A stretch of DNA of 64,000 nucleotides from Yuukianura sp. NJ FZ-2021 (GCA_046563655.1 CM102285.1:13268001-13332000); one strand, 5' to 3'; shown: positions 12,869-26,000, counted from the first letter of the stretch. The notes: a model not told the origin generated them from the sequence alone. Made by a program: numbers and translations.

Positions 12869-15310
12869 TAAACTTTTTACATTAGGACTCGTCCTATTGC
12901 AAAAAGTTAAAGCAGGATTAACCTAATTCCGAATTAGCCTAACCTGGCCAACCTACTTTTCAAGATCTTAGTCCAAGGTGGCTTTTTAGTGCAAATGGAT
13001 ATTTTTAGAAACAAAACGATTCTTCAGAAACATAATTCGACCATTTGAATTATGCATTATTGCCTGTCGAAAAATGGAAATGACAACACGTTTCCAAAGG
13101 TCACTTTTGCTAAATTTCCTTTGCAAAATTCATCTGCGTCATTTTAAAAAACAAAAGCATCACAAAATCCGGTTATCAGATTTTGGAAAATTTTATGACG
13201 AAAAATTTCATATTTAAAAAATATTCCGCTTCCGAGAAACGAAAAATATTAAAAAGCACAACTAAAACGAAACAAAACAAGTTTTATAATTTTTATAAAA
13301 CTTACCTAAAAATCTACGCCTCCAGAACCTTCACTGGCATTTCGAAAAATGGAAAAATCAGAAAACTGAAGGCAGTAACAACATCAAATTGCTTGAGAAT
13401 CTTCTTCCTTTTTCACAAATTGCACAGAATTGCCCAGACCTTGCCGTCTAAAAATTCCCTGAGAATTTCCGACGAGTTATAATGACTCTTACAAAGGTAA
13501 AATTAAATTCCAGTTGAATCCATCATGGTCAATTGAAATTGAAAGTCAAGGTCCACCACTTTTCAAAAGCTTAAAAAACTTTTAACTCCAAGTGTGTTTC
13601 ATCCAAGGCAAAACTAAGCGTCTCCTCTCCTCTCCTCCTACGAACCAACTGAAAACTCAAAGCTAAAAGAAGGAGAAGGCTGAATTGCTCAAGCCAAAGC
13701 CACCAAAAGTCCCATCACCTAGCCTAGCCTTCTAGAAACCCATGCTAAACTGTGTTTCAGCCGGCAGAAACAAATTCGTACCAACTTTCTGCCGACAAAC
13801 TATCTTCTATGATCTGTTTCGTTTAGTTTAATGAGTGGATTCGCAAGTCTCGTCTGTTTGCCAATTCAAATGAATTTGGTGGTCAGACTCTCATCTATTT
13901 GCAAACCTTTCACGAAGACTCTCAACTATCAATAACTTAGGCTGTCAAATAATGTTAGGCTTTGCCTTTAGCATGTTTAGCAAAGTGTAAGTTTCAAGTG
14001 CTGCAAGCACTCGACAAAATCTCACCACTACTACTGACAATACTAACATTCTTCTGCAAATATTTTGTTAAACCGGTTTCTTACATCATCTCTATAATTC
14101 TTAATTTGGTTTGAAAAAATTTTCAATCTCAAAAAAAAAAGCGAAAAAAAGTCACGAGTTGCAAAACCAACAAAACTAGACGCCTGACAATTTTTTTCAC
14201 ATCCAGCTAAACGGTTTTTGGAGAATTTTTCAAAAGTTATGCAATGCAGATGAGGCAGAAGAATCTTTAAAATTTGAAAAATCAGTAAAAACCTAATAGT
14301 AATTAACACGAAATCTGGAAATTTTGAAACGTAAATATAATTACTTTATATTTAGCGTTTTACACGCTGATAAAACCACATCTTAACTTTTCGGTTTATT
14401 TACTTCCTTGCGGCGGATGAGTCCCACCAGAAAGATAAATAAACCAAAAGCGAAGAAAGGAATAGCCTTAGAGCCTAAATATTCGAATCGCTGAAATTTT
14501 AGTACAAACTTACACGTTTACAGAAGCCGCGCTGCAACTACCAGAGGCAATAAACTACTGCCTGCTGGTCACAGCGCTTTTTAAAACAAGGCCGTGGTTT
14601 CTGAGGTCTCATTAAAAGTCATTTCCCGGTGGACTTATTTCGAAAGAACCCGTGTTGCAACAAAAAAGCAAACAAAAATACACAGAAGAACCCCCTGCCG
14701 TGTTTTTAGAAAGACGAAAAGCAGAAAACCTGCCGGTTGTCCACAAAATTCTTTTATGCCATGAAACATTCATGGAGATTGGAGAAAGTTCCGGAGGCAG
14801 CAAAGTAGCTGAATGAAAGTCAAAGCGGGAAAAAGTGAAAGTGAAAGAAAGCAGAAGCCTTTCCAAAAAAAAAAGAACATAAAATTTAGAAAATTGGAAA
14901 ATAGAATTATTGAAGTTAATGTCAACAAAACTTCAATCTTCAATTAGGCTGCATAATGTGATTGAAGTTCTGTTTTTTTGGAAATTGGACGCAGAAGCAC
15001 TAACCATCACCAGCCGAAGGAGAAAGTTTATAACTACAGAGTAAAAAGAAAGTTTATAACTAGAGTATAATAAAAAGTGCAAATATTGGCATACAGAAAG
15101 AGTAATTCACTGTCACTTTCTCTGGAAAGAGTCCTCGTCATGATAAGAGGCCTCTTTCCATCATCATTTATTTCCAATTTAATTAAACAAAGCCTCATGG
15201 ATCTCCTCCTCCGTCCTCCACTGGCCAAATTGGAAACTTTTTAAACACTAAACTTACGTGAGTTGAAGAGTTGAAGACAGTTCCGTGTCATCACCTTGGT
15301 GGGGGCTGGA

Positions 15311-18300
15311 TTAAATGGAAAGTGGAACCGGGAACTTGTTCCTGTGGGCTGCCAAGCACTTGGTGGAACAAAACTTATTTTGATTGTACTCAAATGGAAC
15401 TTTTCCGGTGATGTCCAGAGCACAATCGAAACACCGTAGCAGAACGGGGGGTTTCGTTTCTCCATTGCGTTTGCTCTCTCCCAAGAGACGTCGTTCGGCT
15501 GCCAGAGCTCTCTGAGTGTCACCACAAAACGAATGAATTAGTTATAAAGGGTACTCGTGATTCTGAAGCGTGTTGTGGTGTAAGGAAAACTCAATCAGAA
15601 TCTTCTTGTTCAAAATAATGAGACAGAAGTCCCTCGTGAGACGTTGTGCAACTAAGAATCGAATTGGACATATTGGTTGGTGGTCATTTGTTGGAATCTC
15701 ACCTTTTCTCTGTCACTCAGGTCGAGGTAGCGCTTTTGTTCTGCCAGTTCTTCCTCTTTCTCAATTCTTTCCGCTTTCTTCTGTTTCTCTTTCTCCCGTT
15801 TCAATTTATTTTGGACTCTCTTCTTCTCGGCAATCTCTTGCACCATTTCATCTGTCAATGGACTCGGAATCTGGGCCTGTCGTGAACAAAAGAAAAAGCA
15901 ATCATTCAGCCTTCTAAATTCTTGATTTTGCTTGAGGAATTGTCAAAAATCATTCGAGGAATTAAAAAATAAATTGGGGACAAATTCACTAGCGGTGAAG
16001 ATTCAAGAAAACGAAAAAAATGCGAATATTTTCAAAATTGAAGCAAACAATTAACGACTGGCGCTGGCGCTAAGTACTCGAACTAAAGTTGGAAAAATTG
16101 ATTTTCCGACGCTACGACTTTACTTTAAGAGGATTTGGACGTGGACGCGAATTCAGAAAGAAAGTAAATAAAAAAAATCGACAACCTCTTAAGTTCGTGT
16201 ACTGAAGTCAACGGAACAGAGAAATAAATTGAAATTGGAAAGGTCAATACACAAACTGACGAGAAAAGAAAACAAAAAACTTGCCTTCTGGTAATCGTAC
16301 TTCTCAGGGAACTGGGCGCGAAACTTCCGAAACAGATTTCGACACTCTTTTGATGGAGAGCAATTGTAAGGGTACCTTCCAGATTTATCTTTAAGGGCTG
16401 GATCTGCACCATACTCAAGTAGAGACCTAGAGAAACAGTAAACAGAAGTTTTAGTTTTTACGTTCATTCTACGACAAAACTTTAGCTGATATGTCAGGAG
16501 TGTGCTACTGAGGTTTGCCTTGAGTTACTTTGAAGTACATCACAAAAATCGACCCGAATAACTGTGAGATGAAGACACTTCAAAGACACTCATGTCAAAG
16601 CTCAGGCAGGTTTTCTCCAAAAATATTTTTGTATACCATGTCAGATCCAAAAAATTCTTGCCAACAGCAATGTGAAGGATCGTTGAATTATCTTCATTCA
16701 GATGCTGGTTCAAATCTGTTGCACACACTTGGAGATTTACTTCGTCTGAACTGCTTTCCCCCTGCGCCTTTGCATGGTTTTGAAGTACTGCCAGCGCCTC
16801 GTTCTCTTCACCCTGCACCACTCTTTCTAGAATTTCAGAAGTTATTCCCCAAGGCTCAATTTTCACCTTTTCCAAATTCTTTGATCGTGGTTTTCTCTTC
16901 TTTGGTGAACTTCTCTGTTCTCGCTGTTGCGATGTTAGAGAGTCGTCAAATTCCTGGAAGCAAAGAAAGTCAAGTCTCAACGGCAATGAAAAATTGTAGG
17001 CGTAGAGTATTCTCGGGTACACCAAAAGTCTTTAGCGGTAATCGATAGCAATTGAACTTTCTAGACAATAAGCTAATGGAGTAAAATGCATGGAAATAAA
17101 CTAACCTGAAGTTCGTTTCTTAGATTAAGTTCCGTTGGGACTTGTTCCAGAGCAAATTCGACATCCAGTTCCGACTCACTTGCTTCATCTGGAGATGATG
17201 GTACTACTGGAGGCTGCTCTCGAGGTTTCGGTGATCGTGATCGTGCTCGGTCAATATTTTTCCTTCGGTTTTTCTCTGGAGACTTCTTTTCCGTTTCATT
17301 AGGACTTTTCTGAGGAGAGCTGCGTTGAGCAAAGAATTTCTCCATGAACGCTTCCGTTTCTAAAATACAGACGAGAGTATAATAAAATGAAACGATTTTA
17401 CCAAATTAGTTCCTTCCAGCTGATTAGACAGAAATGAGAACTTACGATAAACTTCTACACTTGTTATCTCCATCATCACTCTTTTCACTTCGCTAAACGT
17501 AGGCCGTTTCGTAGCGAAAGGAATTGAGCGAAGTCGTGCATTGCTCTTGGTAAATACGTTGCTAGACTTTCCCCCGAAGAGAGTTTTCTGGCTGGATCCA
17601 CTCACTCGGTAAAATATCCACTGGCACTGGTTAAAATCTTCTTCCCATGTTTTAATTAGTGTCTGAATTTCCTGCAAGAGTATTTTTTAACGTTAAAACG
17701 AATGAATCCAAGATTAGGGTACTTAAAGTTAAAGAAAACGAACTTGTGTTAAGGCGAGCTCATTGTACCGACGGAGACTGGCTCCAGCCGATTTCGGTCC
17801 GGACCCCCCTGACTTATTATCAGCACGGCCTTGTGACCCTCCTTGCTTCGCACGAACCGTGTATCTGTGAATTGTCTTGTGACGCAACTCTGTTGGTCCT
17901 GTAGCACACGTTAACCAAAATTCAAGACAGGTTTTGGCTTAACATGCCGCATAAAAGTTACGTATGTGGTTGATTTCCGACAAGAATTGATAACTTACCT
18001 TCAAAAATACCAGCAGCAAAATGCCCACCACTCAGCATCACAACGCCAACCTTTTTTGACGAACTAGTAATTTCCTTAATACTGTCAATCGATAGTAGAT
18101 CGGTTGCTCCAGTTGATTCCTTGGATGGTGACAGAAGTGTTTGGTATATGGCAAATACCTGGTCCTTGTCATTTTGAAAATATGCCTTCGGAGACCGAGA
18201 CAGGCGTTGCAGCCCAGTAACTAACGGTTTCTCCGTCGCTTCAGCTATTTGTGGTAACGATCCTCCGGATTCAGTTAAACCCATTTTCTGGATTACACGT

Positions 18301-18831
18301 GAAAGCTGATTAGAAGTATCGTTGTTATTAGTAGCACTTTCATCTTCAGAATCGGAACCGGAAATACTCGATAACCCATCTAATTCAACACAAAACAGAA
18401 TTTCAATTTGATTCAATCAATACTGTTAAAGATGTATATTTATGTTTTTACAATGAAAATTTACCTAATATTTCGAAAAATTCGTTTTCTGTAATGGGCT
18501 GCCGACCATATTCTTTTAGTTTGGCGTTGTGCCTATGCCAGTCTAATTTGAAATGTTGCCTTTGCTCCAGCAAGCTAGAAAAGGTCACATCACAAGTACA
18601 ACATGACAAGCCAGAAATCCCCGGTAGGGGGACCGATGTTTCATCAGCGAGCGAATCGATCGACCTCCCCGCCGGAAGCGTAGACGATTCCTCGTCCTCT
18701 ACGGCACAGAAATCAGCTTCAACTGTCCGCAAAGGTTGCGCATTTTCCAGGAGTTGTGTTATATTTTTCTTATGACTTGGATTGTAAAGCTGGTATGCTG
18801 TTTTCGGTTTCCTCTCTTTAGTATCTCCCAT
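15311..18831 (-). CDS. ANKZF1: ANKZF1/Vms1 ribosome quality-control tRNA-cleaving release factor (C2H2 zinc finger, VLRF1, ankyrin, coiled coil, VIM, C-terminal treble clef), 738 aa
   Basis: Nine phase-consistent exons: 18465-18831, 17999-18379, 17744-17898, 17446-17671, 17106-17359, 16637-16953, 16285-16426, 15703-15876, 15311-15511 (2217 nt). Motifs: CCTCDVTFSSLLEQRQHFKLDWHRHN (zinc finger); LSGGHFAAGIF and HKTIHRYTVRAKQGGSQ...SAGASLRRYNE (VLRF1); LRSIPFATKRPT; LLEYGADP (ankyrin); YDYQKAQIPSPLT; REKRALAAERR (p97-binding VIM, R-x5-AA-x2-R); RCFDC...PFEY...FCSTKC. Confidence 0.96.
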
Positions 18832-19881
18832 GATGAGCCGCAATGAATGTTTAAAAAAGACTCAGGATTGCAATAAATCTAAAAAAGAAATTTCGATTAT
18901 TTTAGTTTCTGTTTGATTTAGTAAACATTCGTCAACAAAGTGTATCATGTCAAAGAAGCTGCCGGTTTCAATAATGTTGACGTTGCTGAATTTTGAAACC
19001 TTAAAACCAATCACTTACCAGTAACCACTTGTTAAATGATCAGCACTTTGCACGTCTTGTTCAGCAAGACCGTCGACACCCAGAATGAGGAAAGTAGTCA
19101 ATCAGAAGCTTGGTGTCCCCAAATCACTTCACTTTCAGTCAGTCACTTCACAAGAAAACTGATGGACGATGACGATGAAGGCACTTACCAACGATTCCTT
19201 GTCGATTTTTTAGTAGTAACAAAACCCGACGTCACAAATTCGTAGCGCCAAAAAAGGCTCAAATTTTTTGAACTTTTGAAATTGGCGAAACAAGAAATCA
19301 TATGGTAGAGGATCATCAGCTGAGTTTTGGGTGTGTACGTATACCACACATACGCTTCTGACAGGCGGAGCCGAACCGAACTTACTTCCGGTATATGCTT
19401 GCCGCACACGAGTTGTGGTTTCTGATCGAACTATTTTTGTTTATGAAATAATGTAAAACTAATCTCAACACATAAATTTAATTGTGGCAAACTGTATTGC
19501 AATCTTATTTTCATGATTTCTTGCAAATAATGATATTTCTCCATTTGCGTTAAAGGGTGCGCCCGGAAAGTAAGGCAGACGGAAGAAAAAATAAGTATTC
19601 GGTCTCCGCACCACAATCCTGCGTGCGGCCTTTGAAAATGCACTCATGTGCATCCACACCTAATAAGGAGAAATGATTTGGGTGGTGAAGATGTAGATGC
19701 GTGCACCATCGACGAGGATTAAATTTGTAATGTTCTATTTAATTATAATTTAATGCTTTCTTTAATAATTAAAGGTTGATAACTACCGCATCTTATTTCT
19801 AGTGGCACTTCAAGTTTGGCAAAATTCGATTTTATTCGTCTGTGAAATCATATAGTGGTTTGAGTGACGGCGGTGCAATTA

Positions 19882-19912
19882 TCTGACGTCAGAATCGATT
19901 GCAGCCATATTG
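19882..19912 (+). promoter_or_regulatory. CRE palindrome plus YY1-like site in the ANKZF1 / ATP synthase c divergent promoter
   Basis: TCTGACGTCAGA perfect palindrome (19882-19893) and GCAGCCATATTG (19901-19912, close to YY1 consensus GCCGCCATTTTG). They lie just upstream of candidate 5'UTR donors GTAAGT at 19929 and 20059. Confidence 0.45.
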
Positions 19913-20262
19913 AAATCTTCAGAGCCAAGTAAGTTAGCCGCAGCAGAGAGTGATCTACCAAAAGAGCCGAGTTCATTTTTAGTTGCTCCTGAACGAAAAC
20001 TAAAGGCAGATCAAGTCAATCAACGATTTCAATTCTTTGATTGCCGGTCGAAGTAAAGGTAAGTTAAACTTAATTATCTTCAACTAACTTACGTGGCTAA
20101 AGTAAGGAATCCATGAAAACTAGGGTTACGGCGAGGTGTACGCTCTTTACTGGTGTGGCTAAGTCGCTAATTAGTAACGGTATTCTTGCCATTGGCTTAT
20201 GGGCTAATACGATAATTATAAATGTTATAAATTGCATTGTCTAGCTCACGAAAACATTCAAA

Positions 20263-20787
<525 letters not shown>

Positions 20788-20907
20788 ATGGTACATCTGT
20801 AATCTACCTTCATTCAACAACATCCAAGACTAAAATATGGAGAGTTACACCAACAAAAGTCAGTTACGGTTAATTGTCAATTGAATACAAAAGTTGTAGT
20901 CGTCTGG

Positions 20908-20932
20908 AATAAAACAAACTGCCCGGAATAAA
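20908..20932 (+). terminator. Tandem polyadenylation signals of the ATP synthase c gene
   Basis: AATAAA at 20908-20913 and 20927-20932, followed by a T-rich downstream element at about 20963-20982. Confidence 0.7.
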
Positions 20933-21043
20933 CCAACTTACATTTATAGTTAGAATCATCTCGGTTTCTTTTATTTCTCTTTACACTAACTAACATTGTA
21001 ACTTCTCTTGTTCAAAATTGAGGACCTAGTTTTTGTATTTTGT

Positions 21044-21083
21044 TGACCTTTGAACTCTGCGAGATACAAACCATCTTATCAGT
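21044..21083 (+). promoter_or_regulatory. Candidate FMO proximal promoter: DR1 nuclear-receptor element, GATA site and initiator
   Basis: TGACCTTTGAACT (21044-21056; reverse complement AGTTCA-A-AGGTCA, a DR1). CTTATCA (21075-21081, GATA) overlaps TCAGT (21079-21083, arthropod Inr-like), about 50 nt before the ATG. Confidence 0.45.
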
Positions 21084-21133
21084 ATGTTTCAATTTTCATT
21101 AATATTTTGAATTTAACTTAAAATTAACAAATT

Positions 21134-23003
21134 ATGAAGAAAGTTTGTATAATTGGAGCAGGTCCAGCAGGATTAGTTGCTATTCGTCATGTTTCCAGCA
21201 GTACTGGATTAACTGGAACAGTATTTGAGGCAAGTAGTGACTTGGGTGGGGTTTGGGTATACAAATCCAAGCAAGATGGTGATACACATGGAACTTTGTA
21301 CAAAAATATGAGGTAATTTCGTTTTTAAAAAATTTTACAAGTATTTTCTGAGTTCTGATTTACAATTAATTGTTAATTGCAGGACAAACCTTCCGAAGGA
21401 AGTGATGTCCTTCCCGGACTTCTTCTATCCGGAAGCATTTTCTACTGCCGCCGTCCAGCACAATACCTCATCATTCCTGCATCACACGGAAGTTTTGCAA
21501 TATCTGCATTCCTATGCCGATCACTTCGACCTACGAAAGTACATTAAGGTGCGTCACTTCGAGCAGTTAAGTAAAGTTATGTTAGGCTATCATTTCTAAC
21601 ATTTCCTTTTTCAGTTTCAGCGTCGTGTCATCGGAGTTCGTCCGTTGTTCGAAAAGTTACATGAAAACGAAAAGCCGTCAACTTCAAGCACTCCGAAATG
21701 GCTTGTGACTGTCCAGCATACAAACATTCCTGGAGATCCATTGACCGAAGACTTTGAATTTGACGCAGTGCTAATTTGCAATGGGTGACATTTCTATATT
21801 TTTTTTTTGAAATTGCAAAATCATAAGCTATTTTTAACTTTTGACTTCAAAAACACAGGCACTTTGCCAAACCAAGGCTGATGACTGTTCCAAACTTAGA
21901 AGAATTTCAAGGCGTTGTGATTCATAGCCAAGACTACGATGACGCTGGACCGTTTGCTGGCAAAAGAGTAATCATTGTCGGTTGCGGCCCTTCTGGAATT
22001 GACATTAGCCTGGAAGTGGCAGAAGTTGCAGCTCAGGTGAGTCTCTGAATTAAATTTTCTATTTAAAAACAATAACTTAATTCCTTAATTTGTGAATTTG
22101 TTTTGATTTTTAGGTTTTTATAAGCAATTCTAAGGGGCCCTTGAAATTTCCTTTACCGAAGAACACCAGGGAAGTTTCCAAAATTAAGGCGACGACTCGA
22201 GATGGATTTCTATGTGAAAATGGCGAAGTTGTTGCCGGCGACGTCTTGATCATGTGCACTGGTATAAAAGCAAATTCGAATAACATCAATCTTCTTTTGG
22301 CTTCTCTTATTGAATTCAGCATTCGAAGTCGTAAACTATGGATTACTTTCTAGGATTTTTATATGATTTTCCATTTCTCTCTCCGGAATGCAACGTTAGT
22401 CTGGAAGAGTCGCAACGGATCTCACCGCTTTACCGTGACATGGTCCACATTGAGTTTCCAAGTTTATGTTTCATTGGAATCCAAAATCATATCGCTCCAT
22501 TTGTCCTGTTCGATACACAGGTACTAAACACATACACAACCAAACTCTGGATTTTTAGTTAAAGAGTGAATTCCATATTGTCTTTTTTTTAGGTTCAGTA
22601 CTGCGTGAGGCTATTTGAAGGCCTGTTTGACCTTCCCTCACGTGAGGTCATGCTGGAGGAAATGAATTGTCAAAGACAATGGAGACAACGTCTCTGCCCT
22701 GCTTTAAGTTGGAGTCATGAATTAGGTGATCGTCAGTGGACTTACCATGAATCTCTTGCTGAAGAGGCAAAGTTCCCTGTTCCGCAATTTTTATCACTCG
22801 TGAGAAGAATCTATGAAAAAACGAGCAAGCGACGTTCGGAAAATGCTCACGTCTACAAAAATGACCTGATTTATATCACTGACTGGGATTCACATTCATT
22901 CTGCTACGTCGAATCTCCATCCTCGGCTGAAACTCATTCAAACGAATCCAGAATCCACGTCCATGTTCGTGGGAAAGGTGATGAGGCTAAAGGTCAACAC
23001 TGA
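21134..23003 (+). CDS. Fmo: Flavin-containing monooxygenase (class B flavoprotein monooxygenase), 472 aa
   Basis: Seven phase-consistent GT-AG exons: 21134-21312, 21383-21548, 21615-21784, 21859-22036, 22114-22261, 22354-22520, 22593-23003 (1419 nt). Motifs: GAGPAG (FAD), GGVW, LYKNMRTNLPKEVM, FDAVLICNGHF, FMO fingerprint FQGVVIHSQDY, GCGPSG (NADPH), MCTGF. AATAAA at 23221. Confidence 0.95.
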
Positions 23004-26000
23004 AACTGGATCTCTCACGGTATACAATTTGGAGTTTCATTTGGAATTTCGAAATTTTTACTTAAAATTATTCATTTTTTCAGAAATTGTGTTCAAATTC
23101 CATGCAACCACCGTACCATCAGTTACAAACCAAACAATGGAGACGAGGGAGAAGACAAAGACGGAAGATGATTGAAGATAATTCGCCTGTTTTCGGCGTG
23201 GAACGAAACATGAAAATTGGAATAAATGAGTCGCTGTCAGGGAGAGTGAAGATCATTCCCCTCTTCCGCTCGACTTCTTCTGAAAGACAAGACGACACAA
23301 TGAAGCTAATTGGCGGAGATGCAGTTTCAAGAAAACTTTGTTGGAGACGGGTGTGAAATTTATGGAAATTTTAATTACTCTTGAAATATTTGCTTTAAGA
23401 TGAACGAAGAGAGGGGAGAAAATGCGGAAGGGGAAGATCAATTGGCAGAAAAAAGGAAAGGAGGGGAGAAAATGTAAATGTCTCATGCATCACTTTCTCC
23501 TCCATTTAAAAATTCCAACTAAACTTTCTCGTCTATTCAATTAAAAAGGGGCTTTTCAAATGTCATTTTTTAAAATTACATTTCCAGAGATCAAAAATTT
23601 ATTTTTTGAACAAAAAATCCTGCACTACCTCTTCTCACTTTCGTTGCGCTGGGCAGGCAAACCTAATTTCAAGGTTTTGTGCAGGTAAATGTCTGAGTTT
23701 TTGTTTCTCGACGCGTACTTTTAGCAAAACTTTTCAAAAAGTTTTCATTTTTGGTTCCAACGTATGTTTAGTTACTCCCGCCAAAAATTGGAAAGTATGA
23801 AGCGACAACTTTCGTCTGGTTTCGGATGACTGTTTTCCAGCGTCATTTAACGCTATTTCCATTTCCAGAAACAGCCTCCGGTTACTCTATGGAAGATCTT
23901 CATCCGGGAGACAGAGGGGGAAGATGAAAGCGGAAAATTAGCGCGAGCCCAAGCCCAAGTGCTAATCTATGCAAATGAACCCGGGTTTCATCTGAGTGGA
24001 GCTGCAGGAACAGCGTCAGGAGACCGACACCGAAGAAGTGGAGAAAAAACGCCCGCCTCCCCGAAAATACCCGCCTTTTCTCTCTTCCCCAGCAGAAGAG
24101 ATCTTGATGCCATCCTTATGCAAATGGACTAACGCTGTAATCCAATGCTCTTCATCTCTTCAAAAGGCTGCGCTTGATCCTCAAGGGCCCTCTGCAAGAA
24201 AACAAAAGAAAGAAGGGCCTTAAATAGGGATTTGGTGTCTATTAAGGGCTGGAAGGGACTTACTAGTAGTTGGATTCTAAAATATTTAAAACCACAAACT
24301 AAAAGCAAACTCTGGCACCTTCCATTGTTCAAATCTTGGCATTAGCGATTCAATGCTGCTCAAAAGTGTCCTGTTTCAATGGAATTTTGCAGTGCTCAAG
24401 TATTAGATGATTATCAATTCCAAAAAGAGCTACAAATGTCGACCGTCATCTTTTGTAATTCCATTGAATCGGACAACTAACATGGCATAAGGTTTGGTTT
24501 TGTTCGACAACCCAACGTAAACCTTTGTCCGAAAGCATAAGCCTAACCTGAATCTTTGTTCGAGAGCGTAACTTAAACTTTAACATGAGCCTAACATATG
24601 TAAAAATGTTAAACTTAACAATTCAAAACCGATTTTCGGAGCTTTCAAAAGTGGCGAAACTGCCTCTAAAGTTGCAATTTTGCAATGGTAAAAAGAATTT
24701 TAGCAGAAAAGTGCAAGTTTTAAACAAAAAGTTGTGCTTTCTCTGGAGAAAGTGAAGAAATTGTTTTAATCATGGTCGTTTGTGCCATGTTCTTTAGAAA
24801 GTGACTCATTTGACCTGTCATCGTCACCAGTGGCAGGACTGCGGCCATTGTGGGCGTGCCCATTGTGTGGTGGATTAATAGCATGGCAGCCACCCAATCT
24901 AGCGTCTTTCCAGCATTCTGTACGAGTCCAATTGTCTCAGGTTCCCTCGTCCAATTCCCCAGTCACATTTGGAGCCTTTCTCCCTTTGTTCTTTCTGTCT
25001 TTTGTCCTTGTCTCCTGCTCTGCCTCATTCCAGGAACAAGGAGGCGTGCAATGAAATCCAAATCCTTAAGACTTTGGAATAAAAAGTTCCAAGGAGACAA
25101 TGGAGAAAGTACGCAATTCCAAAAGCTCCTTTATTCATAGTCATTTAAACCTTCATTTTTCCTCTTTGTCTTCTTTCTTTTACTTTCTTCAAAAAAAGTT
25201 TAAAAAAAAGTAAAGAAGAGTGTCACTTTCTCCCCTCCGCCTTCTCTTGCCTTTGCTTCCATTTTAAATTACTTTTCCTCCAACTATCTCGCGTACTATC
25301 AAACTCAATCGTAATTTAAAGCGAACAAAAGAATCTGATTTTGACGCTGGAAGCGTGGCAAACTAGCCTATTTAGTTAATTTTGAAACAAGTTTAAAAAA
25401 AAACACGTTTCATAACGTTACTCAGCCAGTTGTTTAACACGATTTGTAAATTCTTCCTAAAGTTAAACCTAAACAAAGTTGAAAAATTCACAAGAATATA
25501 AAAAATCAACTCTAACGTTGACGTTCCTAGCACATAACTTAAATTTTTAATTAGTACAGCATACATTTGTCCATGAAAAGGTGTAAATGGCGTTAAGAGA
25601 AGAAAAAAATTCGGGTCGATTGGGAGATGACGTGGAGGGAGGCGAGTTTGCGTTTAAAGTTGAGCTTTTCCATTTAAATTCTGGACTGAAACAGAAGGGA
25701 GCTCATTGGAGAAAGCTCTCTACTTACTCCAACGCATCTGCGCAGCAGTACTTTTACTAGGGAAAACTGTCCTTCTCCATCCATTAATTTCCCTGTGTAA
25801 ACCCTTTCTCCCCTCTAACTTAGGGAAGCCATGATGGAGCACCAGCAGTGCTAAATTTGTAACCTAAAGTAAAAAACAGAGTCGACTTTCCCCGTCCATC
25901 CAACTTAATTCCAAATTTCCTCTGGAATTAGTCTCCAACGAAGAAATCCCATTAAAAAATTCATCAACTCCCGCCTTTTAGTAGAAGAAAGAAGAGACGA

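Noticed and set aside
16427..16636. Possible intronic snoRNA in ANKZF1 intron 6
   Set aside because: Only partial C/D or H/ACA-like boxes and no convincing stems; would need an Infernal or snoRNA scan.
16530..17048. 172-aa plus-strand ORF (and similar ones at 15570 and 18494)
   Set aside because: Antisense shadows of ANKZF1 exons.
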